From contig JAKLKB010000008.1 in NCBI GenBank assembly GCA_023150835.1, forward strand, positions 62,001 through 82,360: 20,360 bases of DNA, read 5' to 3'. Position 1 is the stretch's first letter; every line of letters starts with the position of its first letter. This DNA is from Myxococcota bacterium (GTDB taxonomy: Bacteria; Myxococcota_C; UBA6777). The notes under the pieces were generated by a model, which saw nothing but the letters and a program-made list of their open reading frames with translations, did no database searches and was not told the origin of the DNA. This document shows, in pieces, positions 9,346-17,901 of this stretch. The translations under genes were made by a program, and so were the position numbers.

Positions 9346-10521
9346 TTGCGAAAAGAGTTTTCTCGCTCTGAAGAAGAAAGTATCGAAAACGCATTACGCG
9401 ACCTCAAAATTGCTCGATTCCGTGTTGTGCTGCGTTTGGAGTCTCCGCTCCAACTTGAAGCGCTTCCGATCCATGCTTTGCGTGGCGGATTGGGCTTTCA
9501 TTTGCGCCAACTTCATTGCCATCCCGAAGCGCAGAAGACTTGTTCTTATTGTCGCGCCGAACGCGGTGAATCCGTGCCCAACGACGCCCCAAGCCTCCCT
9601 TCATTGAAACGCTTTTCTGGCGAAACTTCTGTCGAGCCTTCTGCCGAGCCTTCTGCCGCTCTTGCCGTGTCCCATCCTCTTTCGAGCGATTGTCCTTATG
9701 TCCAACTGTTCCATCCCGTCGACGAAAAAATGCAGCCGATCTCTGCACCTTTTCTGATCTCTGCGCCGCTTGCTCCGCTCGCCTTGAGACGCGATCAACT
9801 CGCCTTTGATCTCACTTTGATCGGTGAGGCGCGTTATGCTCTGTCTGCTTATGTGGCTGCCTTTTCGAGGATGGGTGACACCTTGCGGCTTCCTGCCCCC
9901 CGCCCGAGGCACCGTGAGGATCGCGAACCTTCGGGGCTTGGGACTCTTCAAACACCTTTTCGTGTGGAGTCCATCCAACAAGTCGACGCCCAAGGACTCT
10001 GTGCGGCTTCATGCGTCGAAGACGGTCGGTTTTGCTCTGACCAACCGCTGGAATTGTCGCTGGCTTCTTGGGCGGATCAGACGGCTCTTTCGTTTCGCCG
10101 TTTGGTGATCGAAACCGTCTCTCCTCTCCAACTCGAAGCGCCGCATATCCGTTATGCACGAGGGAATACGCACAAGTCTGATCGTGTTTTCCTACAATAT
10201 CTTACCATCGATGATTTGTTTCAGCAGATCTGCCGCCGCTTGTCCAACCTTCTGCGCTTGCCTTTTTGGTCGGGTGAGCCGATGTGGGTCCTTGTCGATC
10301 TCCCTCCACGCTTGGATTTCATTGAAGCCCAATACCAATGGGTCGAGGAAAAGAAAAAACATCGCGAAAATAAATCATTTAATCTGAGCGGATTGACTGG
10401 GCGTTATGTCGTCAGTGGCCGCCCGGGCGGATTGTGGCCTTTTTTACAGATGGGGCGCTTTTTGCAAATCGGTCGCCGCACTACTTATGGCAATGGGCAG
10501 TTTCAAATCCACGCTTCTTGA
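9346..10521 (+). CDS. cas6: Cas6 pre-crRNA processing endoribonuclease (Cys-cluster-containing type)
   Basis: C-terminal Gly-rich loop GRFLQIGRRTTYGNGQF. N-terminal ALRGGLG..LR..C...CSYC...CPY..LF pattern. TTG start with AAGGAG at 9334-9339. Adjacent to the cmr operon. Confidence 0.88.
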   Translation: MRKEFSRSEEESIENALRDLKIARFRVVLRLESPLQLEALPIHALRGGLGFHLRQLHCHPEAQKTCSYCRAERGESVPNDAPSLPSLKRFSGETSVEPSAEPSAALAVSHPLSSDCPYVQLFHPVDEKMQPISAPFLISAPLAPLALRRDQLAFDLTLIGEARYALSAYVAAFSRMGDTLRLPAPRPRHREDREPSGLGTLQTPFRVESIQQVDAQGLCAASCVEDGRFCSDQPLELSLASWADQTALSFRRLVIETVSPLQLEAPHIRYARGNTHKSDRVFLQYLTIDDLFQQICRRLSNLLRLPFWSGEPMWVLVDLPPRLDFIEAQYQWVEEKKKHRENKSFNLSGLTGRYVVSGRPGGLWPFLQMGRFLQIGRRTTYGNGQFQIHAS

Positions 10522-10554
10522 GCAAACTTCCCCCAAACGAAGAGCTTTTAAGAA

Positions 10555-11553
10555 TTATTTACCCACCAATTCAACTTTTTGCAAAACGAGCAAGGTCTTG
10601 CCATCTTCGCTGTTGCGCTCGCGCCATTGCACCAACACCGCTTGTCCTTGCTTTGGCTCGCTTTTTAAAAAGTCTTCTGAAAACAGCTTGTTGCGATCTT
10701 TCTTTTTCCAATCAAACGAAAAATTGCCTGCGTCTGTTTCGATCTGGATGGTTGAAATGCCGTCATTTTTCGCTTCAAACTGCGTGACGATCCCTTCTTG
10801 TTTATTTTCCTTTGGAGGTGGCGTGAAGTTTAACGAAAGGTGTCCATACCCTGCAGCCGTTTTTCCTCCAATTCCGTATTCCATGAGCGCAATTTTCAAG
10901 ATATCCATCACCAAACGGACCCACGCCTCTTCTCCTTTTAAGGCGATCAAATACTCTCCTGTTGCTGACAAAAACGGCACAGGATTTGGGCTGTCCCAAT
11001 CTGCGGGGGGCTTCTTCCCACTCCCGTAATAATCGGCGTGATGAACTGTCATCACATCGGGCCACAACGCCTTTCCTTTCCACCCCGAATTCGGCTTGTA
11101 TAACGCATCGAAAAAAGTGATGTTTCCCGCTTCTTCGGTCTCCCCAAACAGATAACGAAAGGCAGCGCTCTCTCGCCTGATATCCGCCAGCTCATTCGCT
11201 GCAAAGTGAGAAACCAACCCTTTTAATGCCGAACCCGGAATATACGGAACTCCGTAGGTTTTATGCAGCGTCATCCCTGTTTCGATCAACGATTCGGAAC
11301 CCAAACCTACAACCATCCGCCCTTGTACAGACGCCAATGCTGTGATCGCACCGTATTCGTTTAAGCCCTTTTCCCATGACTCAAAGAAATGCTTATAAAA
11401 AGCAGGCTCTTTGATGGCGTGCGTGTTCGACACGTGTTGGCGGCGTGCTTCTGTGTCGTCTTTGTTCTGCGTTTCAATGTAGCACTCAAACCATAGCCCT
11501 GCATGACTACACTGCGCTGCTTTGTAAGACAAAAGTGCTTCTCTTCGTGACAT
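10555..11553 (-). CDS. cmr6: Type III-B CRISPR RAMP protein Cmr6, with ~85-aa C-terminal extension
   Basis: GRMVVGLG, LHKTYGVPYIPGSALKG, FFDA, DVMTVHH..YY, DWDSPNPVPFL and GIGGKTAAGYG. GGAGG RBS upstream. Confidence 0.95.
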   Translation of the reverse strand: MSRREALLSYKAAQCSHAGLWFECYIETQNKDDTEARRQHVSNTHAIKEPAFYKHFFESWEKGLNEYGAITALASVQGRMVVGLGSESLIETGMTLHKTYGVPYIPGSALKGLVSHFAANELADIRRESAAFRYLFGETEEAGNITFFDALYKPNSGWKGKALWPDVMTVHHADYYGSGKKPPADWDSPNPVPFLSATGEYLIALKGEEAWVRLVMDILKIALMEYGIGGKTAAGYGHLSLNFTPPPKENKQEGIVTQFEAKNDGISTIQIETDAGNFSFDWKKKDRNKLFSEDFLKSEPKQGQAVLVQWRERNSEDGKTLLVLQKVELVGK

Positions 11554-11568
11554 CCTCCAGCCTCCGTC

Positions 11569-11949
11569 TTAGTCGTTGTCTTCGCTTGCGTCCACCTTGA
11601 GCAAAGACTGTGTGAATCGCTTGTGCCAAAGCAACACAGCGAGTGTTTCTTGAGTCAGGCGGATATAGTTCTGTAATGAAGCCGACCGAACTTCTTTCAA
11701 CAGGGCTTCTTTGCTGTTTTGTTTCAGCAGCTTCGCGTCATGGAGTTGTTTTGCCAGATGATCCAGAAGCAATTTTTGATCTTCGTTACCGCGTGATTCT
11801 ACAAAGTGCAATGCTTGTGTAAGACCAGCGCTCTTGACCAGTACAGGAAGTTTATGCGCCATCGTTCCGTATTTTTTCGCTTCGCTTTTTCCGGCCAACG
11901 GCTCCATCAGTTCGAAGGCTTTCGCTGCGCGTTTTTGCTCGCGTGTCAC
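11569..11949 (-). CDS. cmr5: Type III-B small subunit Cmr5 (Cas11)
   Basis: TREQKRA..AF, Y...AHKLPVLVKSAGLTQALHF and WHKRF. GTG start overlapping the cmr4 stop (GTGA) with GGAGG RBS. Lies between cmr4 and cmr6. Confidence 0.93.
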   Translation of the reverse strand: MTREQKRAAKAFELMEPLAGKSEAKKYGTMAHKLPVLVKSAGLTQALHFVESRGNEDQKLLLDHLAKQLHDAKLLKQNSKEALLKEVRSASLQNYIRLTQETLAVLLWHKRFTQSLLKVDASEDND

Positions 11950-12818
11950 GATGCACCTCCCACCAATCTCATGCTGCACAAGCCACGTCCGACAGTCGCT
12001 TTTCCGCCGAATTGCAACGTACCGCTGCTCAGTTTTTGAAGCTCACCAAAGGCTTCTTTGGCCTCCACCCATTCTCCGCCCACTTTGATCGATTGAAAAA
12101 GCGCCAGTCCGTACAAGATGCTTTCTGCGGGTAGATTTTCTTCATACCACAAGCCACCTTTTTCCACGCTTTTTGTCTCTTCTTTGATCTTAATGCGTGC
12201 GTTGATCTCTGTTCCTGTTTCAAGAAAATAGCTCAACATATCATCCGAGATCAGGCAAAGTCGTTCAACGAAAAGCTCTTGCCATGTCGGATCTGCAAAA
12301 AGCTGTTGGCTCAACCAAACCGCCCATGATTGTAGCTCGTTGCTGGCGACCGCATCCAGATCAAGGTCTTCAAAGATCACTTTGTTGTTGTTTGTGCAGA
12401 TCTTTGTTTTCGAGGTGACAAAGGCTTGCTCTTCTTTCGGAGCGGGGATCTTTTCGGGGAGTCCCTTGAGACCGATATCACGAAGATCCCGCGCAAAGCG
12501 CTTCAACACAAACGGGGAGGTCACCCACGCAAAGGTTCCCACAAAGCTGCGCAGCGGCAAGCACAGCAAAGACAGATCGGAAAACTGCAACGATCCCGCA
12601 TGATCCGCTGCGTTGTCTGTCTCAGGACCAAACAGCTTTTTGCGCATCGCTTTGTCCACACAAGCCGTACGCAATACTCCTTTGCACGAAGAGCCCGGCA
12701 AATAGGGAATCCCTGTCACCTTTTCCCGCGCAATCGGCAAGTCGATCACGCCGATACCTTGCCCTGTTCCCGCATGAAGCGGAGAAAGGGCATGCAACAG
12801 AACCAACTTCGCTTGCAT
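11946..12818 (-). CDS. cmr4: Type III-B backbone RNase Cmr4 (Cas7)
   Basis: SPLHAGTG, IDLPIARE (contains the Asp at the catalytic position), PYLPGSSCKG, GGLWYEENLP and QFGGKATVGRG. ATG at 12818 lies 7 nt from AGGAG. Confidence 0.96.
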   Translation of the reverse strand: MQAKLVLLHALSPLHAGTGQGIGVIDLPIAREKVTGIPYLPGSSCKGVLRTACVDKAMRKKLFGPETDNAADHAGSLQFSDLSLLCLPLRSFVGTFAWVTSPFVLKRFARDLRDIGLKGLPEKIPAPKEEQAFVTSKTKICTNNNKVIFEDLDLDAVASNELQSWAVWLSQQLFADPTWQELFVERLCLISDDMLSYFLETGTEINARIKIKEETKSVEKGGLWYEENLPAESILYGLALFQSIKVGGEWVEAKEAFGELQKLSSGTLQFGGKATVGRGLCSMRLVGGAS

Positions 12819-12904
12819 GATCATACTCCTTCTCTTGAAAATGATGATTTGTTTATTTGAATGATAAGACTTACGCGGTTGGCCTTGTTCGGTGGGGCGA
12901 GGTA

Positions 12905-13014
12905 CCACGCCCCGCAAGGGACCTGTGGCCCCTTGACCCCGTTTGGGCGGAACAACCCTACGTTTTTCAAACCAACCTCGGCTCCGCTTGATATACCGCG
13001 AACACGGCTTTTTT
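12905..13014 (-). repeat. Dispersed ~110-nt REP/MITE-like element, copy B, between cmr1 and cmr4
   Basis: Ungapped match to 3561-3670. Confidence 0.85.
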
Positions 13015-13031
13015 TGATCGCTGCGTCATTC

Positions 13032-14288
13032 CTACAGCGAGTTCAAAAAGGCTTGCAGAGGATCGGTCTCTCCATTGAGCGGTACGATGGCACTGGCCTC
13101 TTGGGGGGTGACATGGGCCGATTGCTTGCCTTTCGAACCGCTTTTGTTCAGGAGCAGATCGTTCGCAAACGGAAACGGGGCGCGAAGCACCAACGCCACG
13201 CCCACCACGTTGCTCCCCGTGTGGAAGGGGCGCAGGATCAGCGGCGAAGCCATCCGATCCCAATCAAACGGGCGCAGCTCGACATCGCCCGGCTCTCCGC
13301 GTCTGTCTGTCTCTCTTCTTTGTTGGAAATGGAAGATAATCGGTAGGCCGAAAAAAGCTCGTGGAAATCTTCGGATCACTTTCCCGCTGACATGGACGAC
13401 AGGTGTTCGATGTGCTGGGGCGCTTTGGCGTGTGATCGCTCGAATGGCGTCAGGTTCGGGCCACTTGCTGCGCCCCGGGGTCGGAGGCGTCCCTTTGTTG
13501 CGTTGTTGGCGGAAGTTCTTGTATCGCTGCAACAGATTGGACCAGATGGCTTCCGCTTGTTTGTTTTCTCCTACGCAGCGCAATCGGGCTCCATGCAAGA
13601 TCGGCATCTCGATGTTTCCACCTGTGGCCAAGGCGTAGTGCTTGAGTTCTTCTTGTAATTTCGCACAGAGTTTGTCTGCTTTTTCGGGATATTTGACTTC
13701 CTCGCCGTCGCGTTTTCGCAGATGCAACGCACCAAAGCCGCGCCGCCCACGCGCACCGATCCAGCCGAAACAACTCCACGCCCACAACGCCGCTTCCACC
13801 TCTGCTTTCAGCGAGCTTGGATAACGCAGTGTCAGCTTGAATTGATGGCCCCACGGTGGCTCAAAGAGCGGTTCGCTTTGGGCTGGAAACGCTGCATACG
13901 AATAAGGCGACTTAAAGTGTCCGATATTTTTGACTGGGGCACCGCCGTGTTGGATACTTGAAGGAAGTGTGAAAGGTTTGCTTGCCTGTGTCTGTTCGAC
14001 GGTGATCTGGACGCAAGAAGGCTGTTCGGTGGAGCCCCAGATGGCGGACTCTTTTGCGTGGAGTTCGTGTGTATTTTTGCAGGCTGCGCCGCGTGTGGCT
14101 CGCCACCAAAAGCGCAGATGCCCTCGGATAGTCGGCACGCGGATCGGCGTCACTTCGTCGGGTTTGCCTGCATCCACGCCGCCACCGTAAATAGGGGTAA
14201 TCACGGTATATTCACGCGTTTCTGTGATGATCTCGTCTTGTCTCTTGACCCGATTGAGGCTTGGAAGGGCGGGAGGTTGTTTCGGCAT
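13032..14288 (-). CDS. cmr1: Type III-B RAMP protein Cmr1
   Basis: ITPIYGGG, IRGHLRFWWRA, E..IWGST, GWIGARGRRGFG, RAFFGLPIIFHF and RMASPLILRP. ATG 14288 has GGAGAGG upstream; the alternative TTG at 14402 overlaps the cmr3 stop. Confidence 0.94.
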   Translation of the reverse strand: MPKQPPALPSLNRVKRQDEIITETREYTVITPIYGGGVDAGKPDEVTPIRVPTIRGHLRFWWRATRGAACKNTHELHAKESAIWGSTEQPSCVQITVEQTQASKPFTLPSSIQHGGAPVKNIGHFKSPYSYAAFPAQSEPLFEPPWGHQFKLTLRYPSSLKAEVEAALWAWSCFGWIGARGRRGFGALHLRKRDGEEVKYPEKADKLCAKLQEELKHYALATGGNIEMPILHGARLRCVGENKQAEAIWSNLLQRYKNFRQQRNKGTPPTPGRSKWPEPDAIRAITRQSAPAHRTPVVHVSGKVIRRFPRAFFGLPIIFHFQQRRETDRRGEPGDVELRPFDWDRMASPLILRPFHTGSNVVGVALVLRAPFPFANDLLLNKSGSKGKQSAHVTPQEASAIVPLNGETDPLQAFLNSL

Positions 14289-14398
14289 AGCCTCTCCTTC
14301 TGATGTGTGGCTTCTTTTTTTCTTGTCGAAGGCTTCTTTTGAATCTTCTTCGCTCAGGAAACGCTTTCGACACCAAGAGTATCGCTCTCTTTGGGCTT

Positions 14399-15679
14399 TC
14401 AAGGGATCTGTGTGGTTCCGAACAACGCGATGCCAAAACCATCGCGGCGATCTTGTTCGAGATCAGAGATCGGCTGACACCAATGTTGATGCAGCCAACG
14501 GCGGATGGCAGAGGCTTCCCCTTCCAGTTTCAGATAAAGGACGCTTCCTGCGGTCATCAATCGGCGCGTCGGCTTGGGCGCTCCTTGGCGTTTTGCTTGC
14601 GCCGTTTTGTACTGAAGATCCCAACCCGAGACCACTTGCGGTCTTTCGGTGCGCAGCGCACACAAGCGAGGCGTCACGCCTTCTTTTGGCTCCAACAGCC
14701 ACGTCGGAAGCGTGCCTCGCGTAAAATAAGCGGGTGTCGCAAGCAGCAATCGCGCCGCACCTGCTTGCACGATCGCTTCTTCGAGTTCTTGGCTCATCTT
14801 GAACGCAGACTCCACGCCCTCTTGTTTGCGCCACATCCCAGCACGCCGCTCTCCGCCAAGATAACCAAAGCCCTCTTTGAGCCGTTTCTCCCAGACCTGT
14901 GGCGCTTGTAGATGCGTCGCGATCCCCATCCGTTGGAGATCACCAAAGCGATTTTTTCCAGACGTTCTTTCTCCCGAAGCTTGCCCCTCTTTGGCACTTT
15001 CGGTCTTTGCCAAAAAGCGGATGCCTTGTACTTGAAACAGCGCGCCTTCTTCTGCGGTGCTGCTGTCCTCTTGCACAGACACGTGTGTCCGCCACTCGCT
15101 CTCTAACTGTCCGATCCCCAACGCTTTTGGGTCAATCGTTTGCGTCGTTGGCTGAAGCAACCAGCGTTGCAGATGCGACCACTTCCAAAAGGCCGGGGCT
15201 GTACTCGCTGGCTTGCCTTTTTGCGGAGACGAAAGCATCAAAGGCACCCATCCACCGGGCAGATTGCTTTGCTCGCCTGTTCCCAGTCCCTGCGGTACAA
15301 GAGACACACAATTAACCTTGCCTGAGTCGTCTTTTGGGCCGCGCTCAAAACACACCGCATCCAATGGACTCGGGAGATACCATTCTTCGATCTTTCCCGT
15401 TTCGCTCAAACGCACCAAAAATGGGCCTCGGCTGCTTACTTCCCGAAGCAACGCTTCGGCCATCGCGGATTCATTTGTGTAGCCGGTCCCTTCTACACAA
15501 AAACCCCCATGCGTCGGAGAACTTCCGAGATGCGTTCTGGCTGCTCCTGCGAGCGTTGACGGATACGGAAACGATAGACTGTACGCCTTTGACCCGGGCG
15601 CACTCGCAAACGGACGACCATCACGCAGCACCACCACACTCTGCGGCTCCAAGATCCACCACTGTTTGATCTCGCTCAT
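14399..15679 (-). CDS. cmr3: Type III-B RAMP protein Cmr3 (Cas5 family)
   Basis: LRDGRPF, FPYPSTLAGAAR, LGGERR, LATPAYF..G, VSGWD, AGSVLY and DGFG. Confidence 0.95.
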   Translation of the reverse strand: MSEIKQWWILEPQSVVVLRDGRPFASAPGSKAYSLSFPYPSTLAGAARTHLGSSPTHGGFCVEGTGYTNESAMAEALLREVSSRGPFLVRLSETGKIEEWYLPSPLDAVCFERGPKDDSGKVNCVSLVPQGLGTGEQSNLPGGWVPLMLSSPQKGKPASTAPAFWKWSHLQRWLLQPTTQTIDPKALGIGQLESEWRTHVSVQEDSSTAEEGALFQVQGIRFLAKTESAKEGQASGERTSGKNRFGDLQRMGIATHLQAPQVWEKRLKEGFGYLGGERRAGMWRKQEGVESAFKMSQELEEAIVQAGAARLLLATPAYFTRGTLPTWLLEPKEGVTPRLCALRTERPQVVSGWDLQYKTAQAKRQGAPKPTRRLMTAGSVLYLKLEGEASAIRRWLHQHWCQPISDLEQDRRDGFGIALFGTTQIP

Positions 15680-15741
15680 CGCTACACCTATTTGTCTGCT
15701 TTTTGTGCGCTTTTTCTCTGTTACACATCTGTCTTAAAGTA

Positions 15742-17592
15742 CTAGAGATTTTGTGTCAATGGCTCTGAAAGCGCGATCGCATCTTGGAGATATTTGGATA
15801 GAATCAGTTCTTGCGCAAGCTGCCCCACCGATATGCTGCTCTTCTTGCTGCTTTTTTCGCCATCCAATTGAGAAAGCAGAGTATCCGTTGTTTCTGTTTC
15901 CACAAAAGCCGAACTGCCCGTCTGACGGCGACCAAGGATGCGGCTCACCTCGTGGTGGAGCATGGCTGCGTACCTGCTGTTGTGTGCTGGGGCTGGTTCC
16001 ATCGTCAAGGCCAATTCGCGCAGATGGTAGCCCGTCCCTTCTGGGATGCGGCCATTTCGGTACAGCGCGATCTGCTGATCGAGCCTGTTGTCGATACTCC
16101 CCCAATAACCCGCCACCGTCTGCTCACTTCCGCTGCGTTTGCTGATCGCGATCGCAAGTGCGTTTCGTGTCTTTTTCGCTGCTTTTTCTGCCCGACGAAC
16201 CAACGCCAAACCTTCGGACAACGGCTCGACATGGTGAACGATCGCGACTCCAACAGACAAAGTCGGTGTCAATGTTTCTCCATTGTCGTCGATAAACCCA
16301 AATGAAGACATCCTGTCTCGGAAACTTTGTGCCAAAGCCCGCGCACAAGAAAGTAACTGGTGCAGCGGTACAAAGGCCAGCACATCGTCCCCTCCAGCAT
16401 ACACCAGATCCCCATCGTGGCGCTCTTCTACGATGGTGCGCGTGTGTTGCGCGAACCCTTCAAGCGAGCGCGATAAAGTACGGTGTTCTTGCAGACTTTT
16501 GCAGGCGTCGATGGCTTTGCCCATCCGATCCCCATCCGCAAGCAAGATCCCGTAATACGGAGCAGGACGCACTCCCCCCATCTCAAGGGCTTGATACACT
16601 CGGCGGAGGTGCTTCTTGGCTTCTTCGAGCCGATCTTCGCCGACATACTCGCTCAGTCGCTCTTCCAACAGACTTCCACCGTCCCATCGCTCCCACAAAG
16701 GATGTCCTTGGCGTGGAATATAGCCGAGTTCTGCGCCTGTTTCTTTTGCCGCCTCTTGTAGAAATCTTCGATACTCTTGAACGGCTTCGTGTACTCTTTG
16801 ACTGCGACTATCTCCGCTCCGCCCAAGTTGGCGCATCCGCTCAAGCAACGGTAGGGATGCTGTATGCGAGGTGCTGAAAAAATTTTCTGCCCTTGTCCCC
16901 AAAGGGCCTCTGCCCAAACGCTTCAGCAAACCAACCCCGCACAGCCTTTCCGCTCCATTGACACCAAATCGGCTGCGTAGTCCTCCCCGTCCTGCTTGTT
17001 CTGCTTTGCGCTCTCTTGCTTCGTCGTAAGCGCGTTCGTCGATGACCGATTCGCGCTGTCCATCCAAGCTGGACTTTGGAACATAATCTCCCCATCGCAC
17101 CGCGTTGAAGTCACGCGTATTTTTTCGGCCTGCCAACAGGTCTTCTGCGCGGCTTCTCGCCCTGTTGTAATCCCCCTCCAATGGTACTGCCGCCCAGTAG
17201 CATTCCAATACATCCGCGAGCTGTTTGTCTGCGATCTCTTGATGGAACAGTTCATTGCTTCTTAATGCTGAAAACGCACTTTGGCTCAATGCCTGTAGTC
17301 TTTTTTGCATCGCTTCGTAAGCAGCTTCGGCAACTTCTCTCGGCGAATTCTTGATCTGTGCCACCACTTTGTTTGCAACGTTGCTCGCTGAATTCGCCGC
17401 GAGATCGATCGCTTCGTTTCCAAATGCTGGAAAGATCAGCGCTCCTTCCCCCTCTTGGATGTGGATGCTTCTTGCTGCGGCTTTCGATAACTCGCTCAGA
17501 AGCCATGAGCCAAACCACAAATCCCGACATCTTCTTGCTGTGGCGATAAACTCTTGGACTGGACCGATGCTCATCACGAGAAGCGAGGCCAT
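15742..17592 (-). CDS. cas10: Type III-B Cas10/Cmr2, HD-domain-less, with intact GGDD palm motif
   Basis: Begins directly with SIGPVQEFIATARRCRDLWFGSWLLS (no N-terminal HD domain). PYYGILLADGDRMG and VYAGGDDVLA (GGDD codons at 16384-16395). 616 aa. Confidence 0.96.
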   Translation of the reverse strand: MASLLVMSIGPVQEFIATARRCRDLWFGSWLLSELSKAAARSIHIQEGEGALIFPAFGNEAIDLAANSASNVANKVVAQIKNSPREVAEAAYEAMQKRLQALSQSAFSALRSNELFHQEIADKQLADVLECYWAAVPLEGDYNRARSRAEDLLAGRKNTRDFNAVRWGDYVPKSSLDGQRESVIDERAYDEARERKAEQAGRGGLRSRFGVNGAERLCGVGLLKRLGRGPLGTRAENFFSTSHTASLPLLERMRQLGRSGDSRSQRVHEAVQEYRRFLQEAAKETGAELGYIPRQGHPLWERWDGGSLLEERLSEYVGEDRLEEAKKHLRRVYQALEMGGVRPAPYYGILLADGDRMGKAIDACKSLQEHRTLSRSLEGFAQHTRTIVEERHDGDLVYAGGDDVLAFVPLHQLLSCARALAQSFRDRMSSFGFIDDNGETLTPTLSVGVAIVHHVEPLSEGLALVRRAEKAAKKTRNALAIAISKRSGSEQTVAGYWGSIDNRLDQQIALYRNGRIPEGTGYHLRELALTMEPAPAHNSRYAAMLHHEVSRILGRRQTGSSAFVETETTDTLLSQLDGEKSSKKSSISVGQLAQELILSKYLQDAIALSEPLTQNL

Positions 17593-17785
17593 GACTTCTT
17601 CTCTCCGTGTGCTTGGTGCGTGACTGGTCTTTCTCGGATCTTGTACGATATCCGAGGTGATCTATGATCGAAGGATAGCGCCCAGACGCCCTATCCTTGG
17701 GCAGCTTCCCCTACATTTTTATGATCACGCAACGGGCGGATTTCGTATTACAGCTTTCTTTTGGTACCCATCGCAACGTTTTGTT

Positions 17786-17814
17786 TGTGTAGCACGAACT
17801 TTTTCGCCACGCAA
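17786..17814 (-). promoter_or_regulatory. Possible sigma70-type promoter for the cmr operon
   Basis: Minus strand TTGCGT-17 nt-TACACA with a TG extension, in the AT-richer gap ~195 nt upstream of cas10. The -10 is imperfect. Confidence 0.25.
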
Positions 17815-17901
17815 GAACATTTTTTCGTTTTCTTCCAAAAAGCATACGGCACAGCAGCAGTCACCCGATCATGTTCTCTCTGTTTATTTGCTGTCGAAGT
17901 C

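Noticed and set aside
12819..12917. N-terminal extension of Cmr4 (likewise Cmr5 to 11979 and the antitoxin to 20270) in the ORF track
   Set aside because: Family homology and, for cmr4/cmr5, RBS positions point to the downstream starts.
14324..14372. TGTCGAAGGC...GCTTTCGACA stem between cmr3 and cmr1 as a terminator or CRISPR repeat
   Set aside because: Large loop, not repeated, and no U-tract after it on the coding strand.
16900..17080. Loss of the Cys zinc-finger in Cas10 (KSSLDGQRE ... ERLCGVG) as a sign of inactivation
   Set aside because: To my knowledge this variant occurs in short HD-less Cmr2 proteins; the palm motifs are intact.
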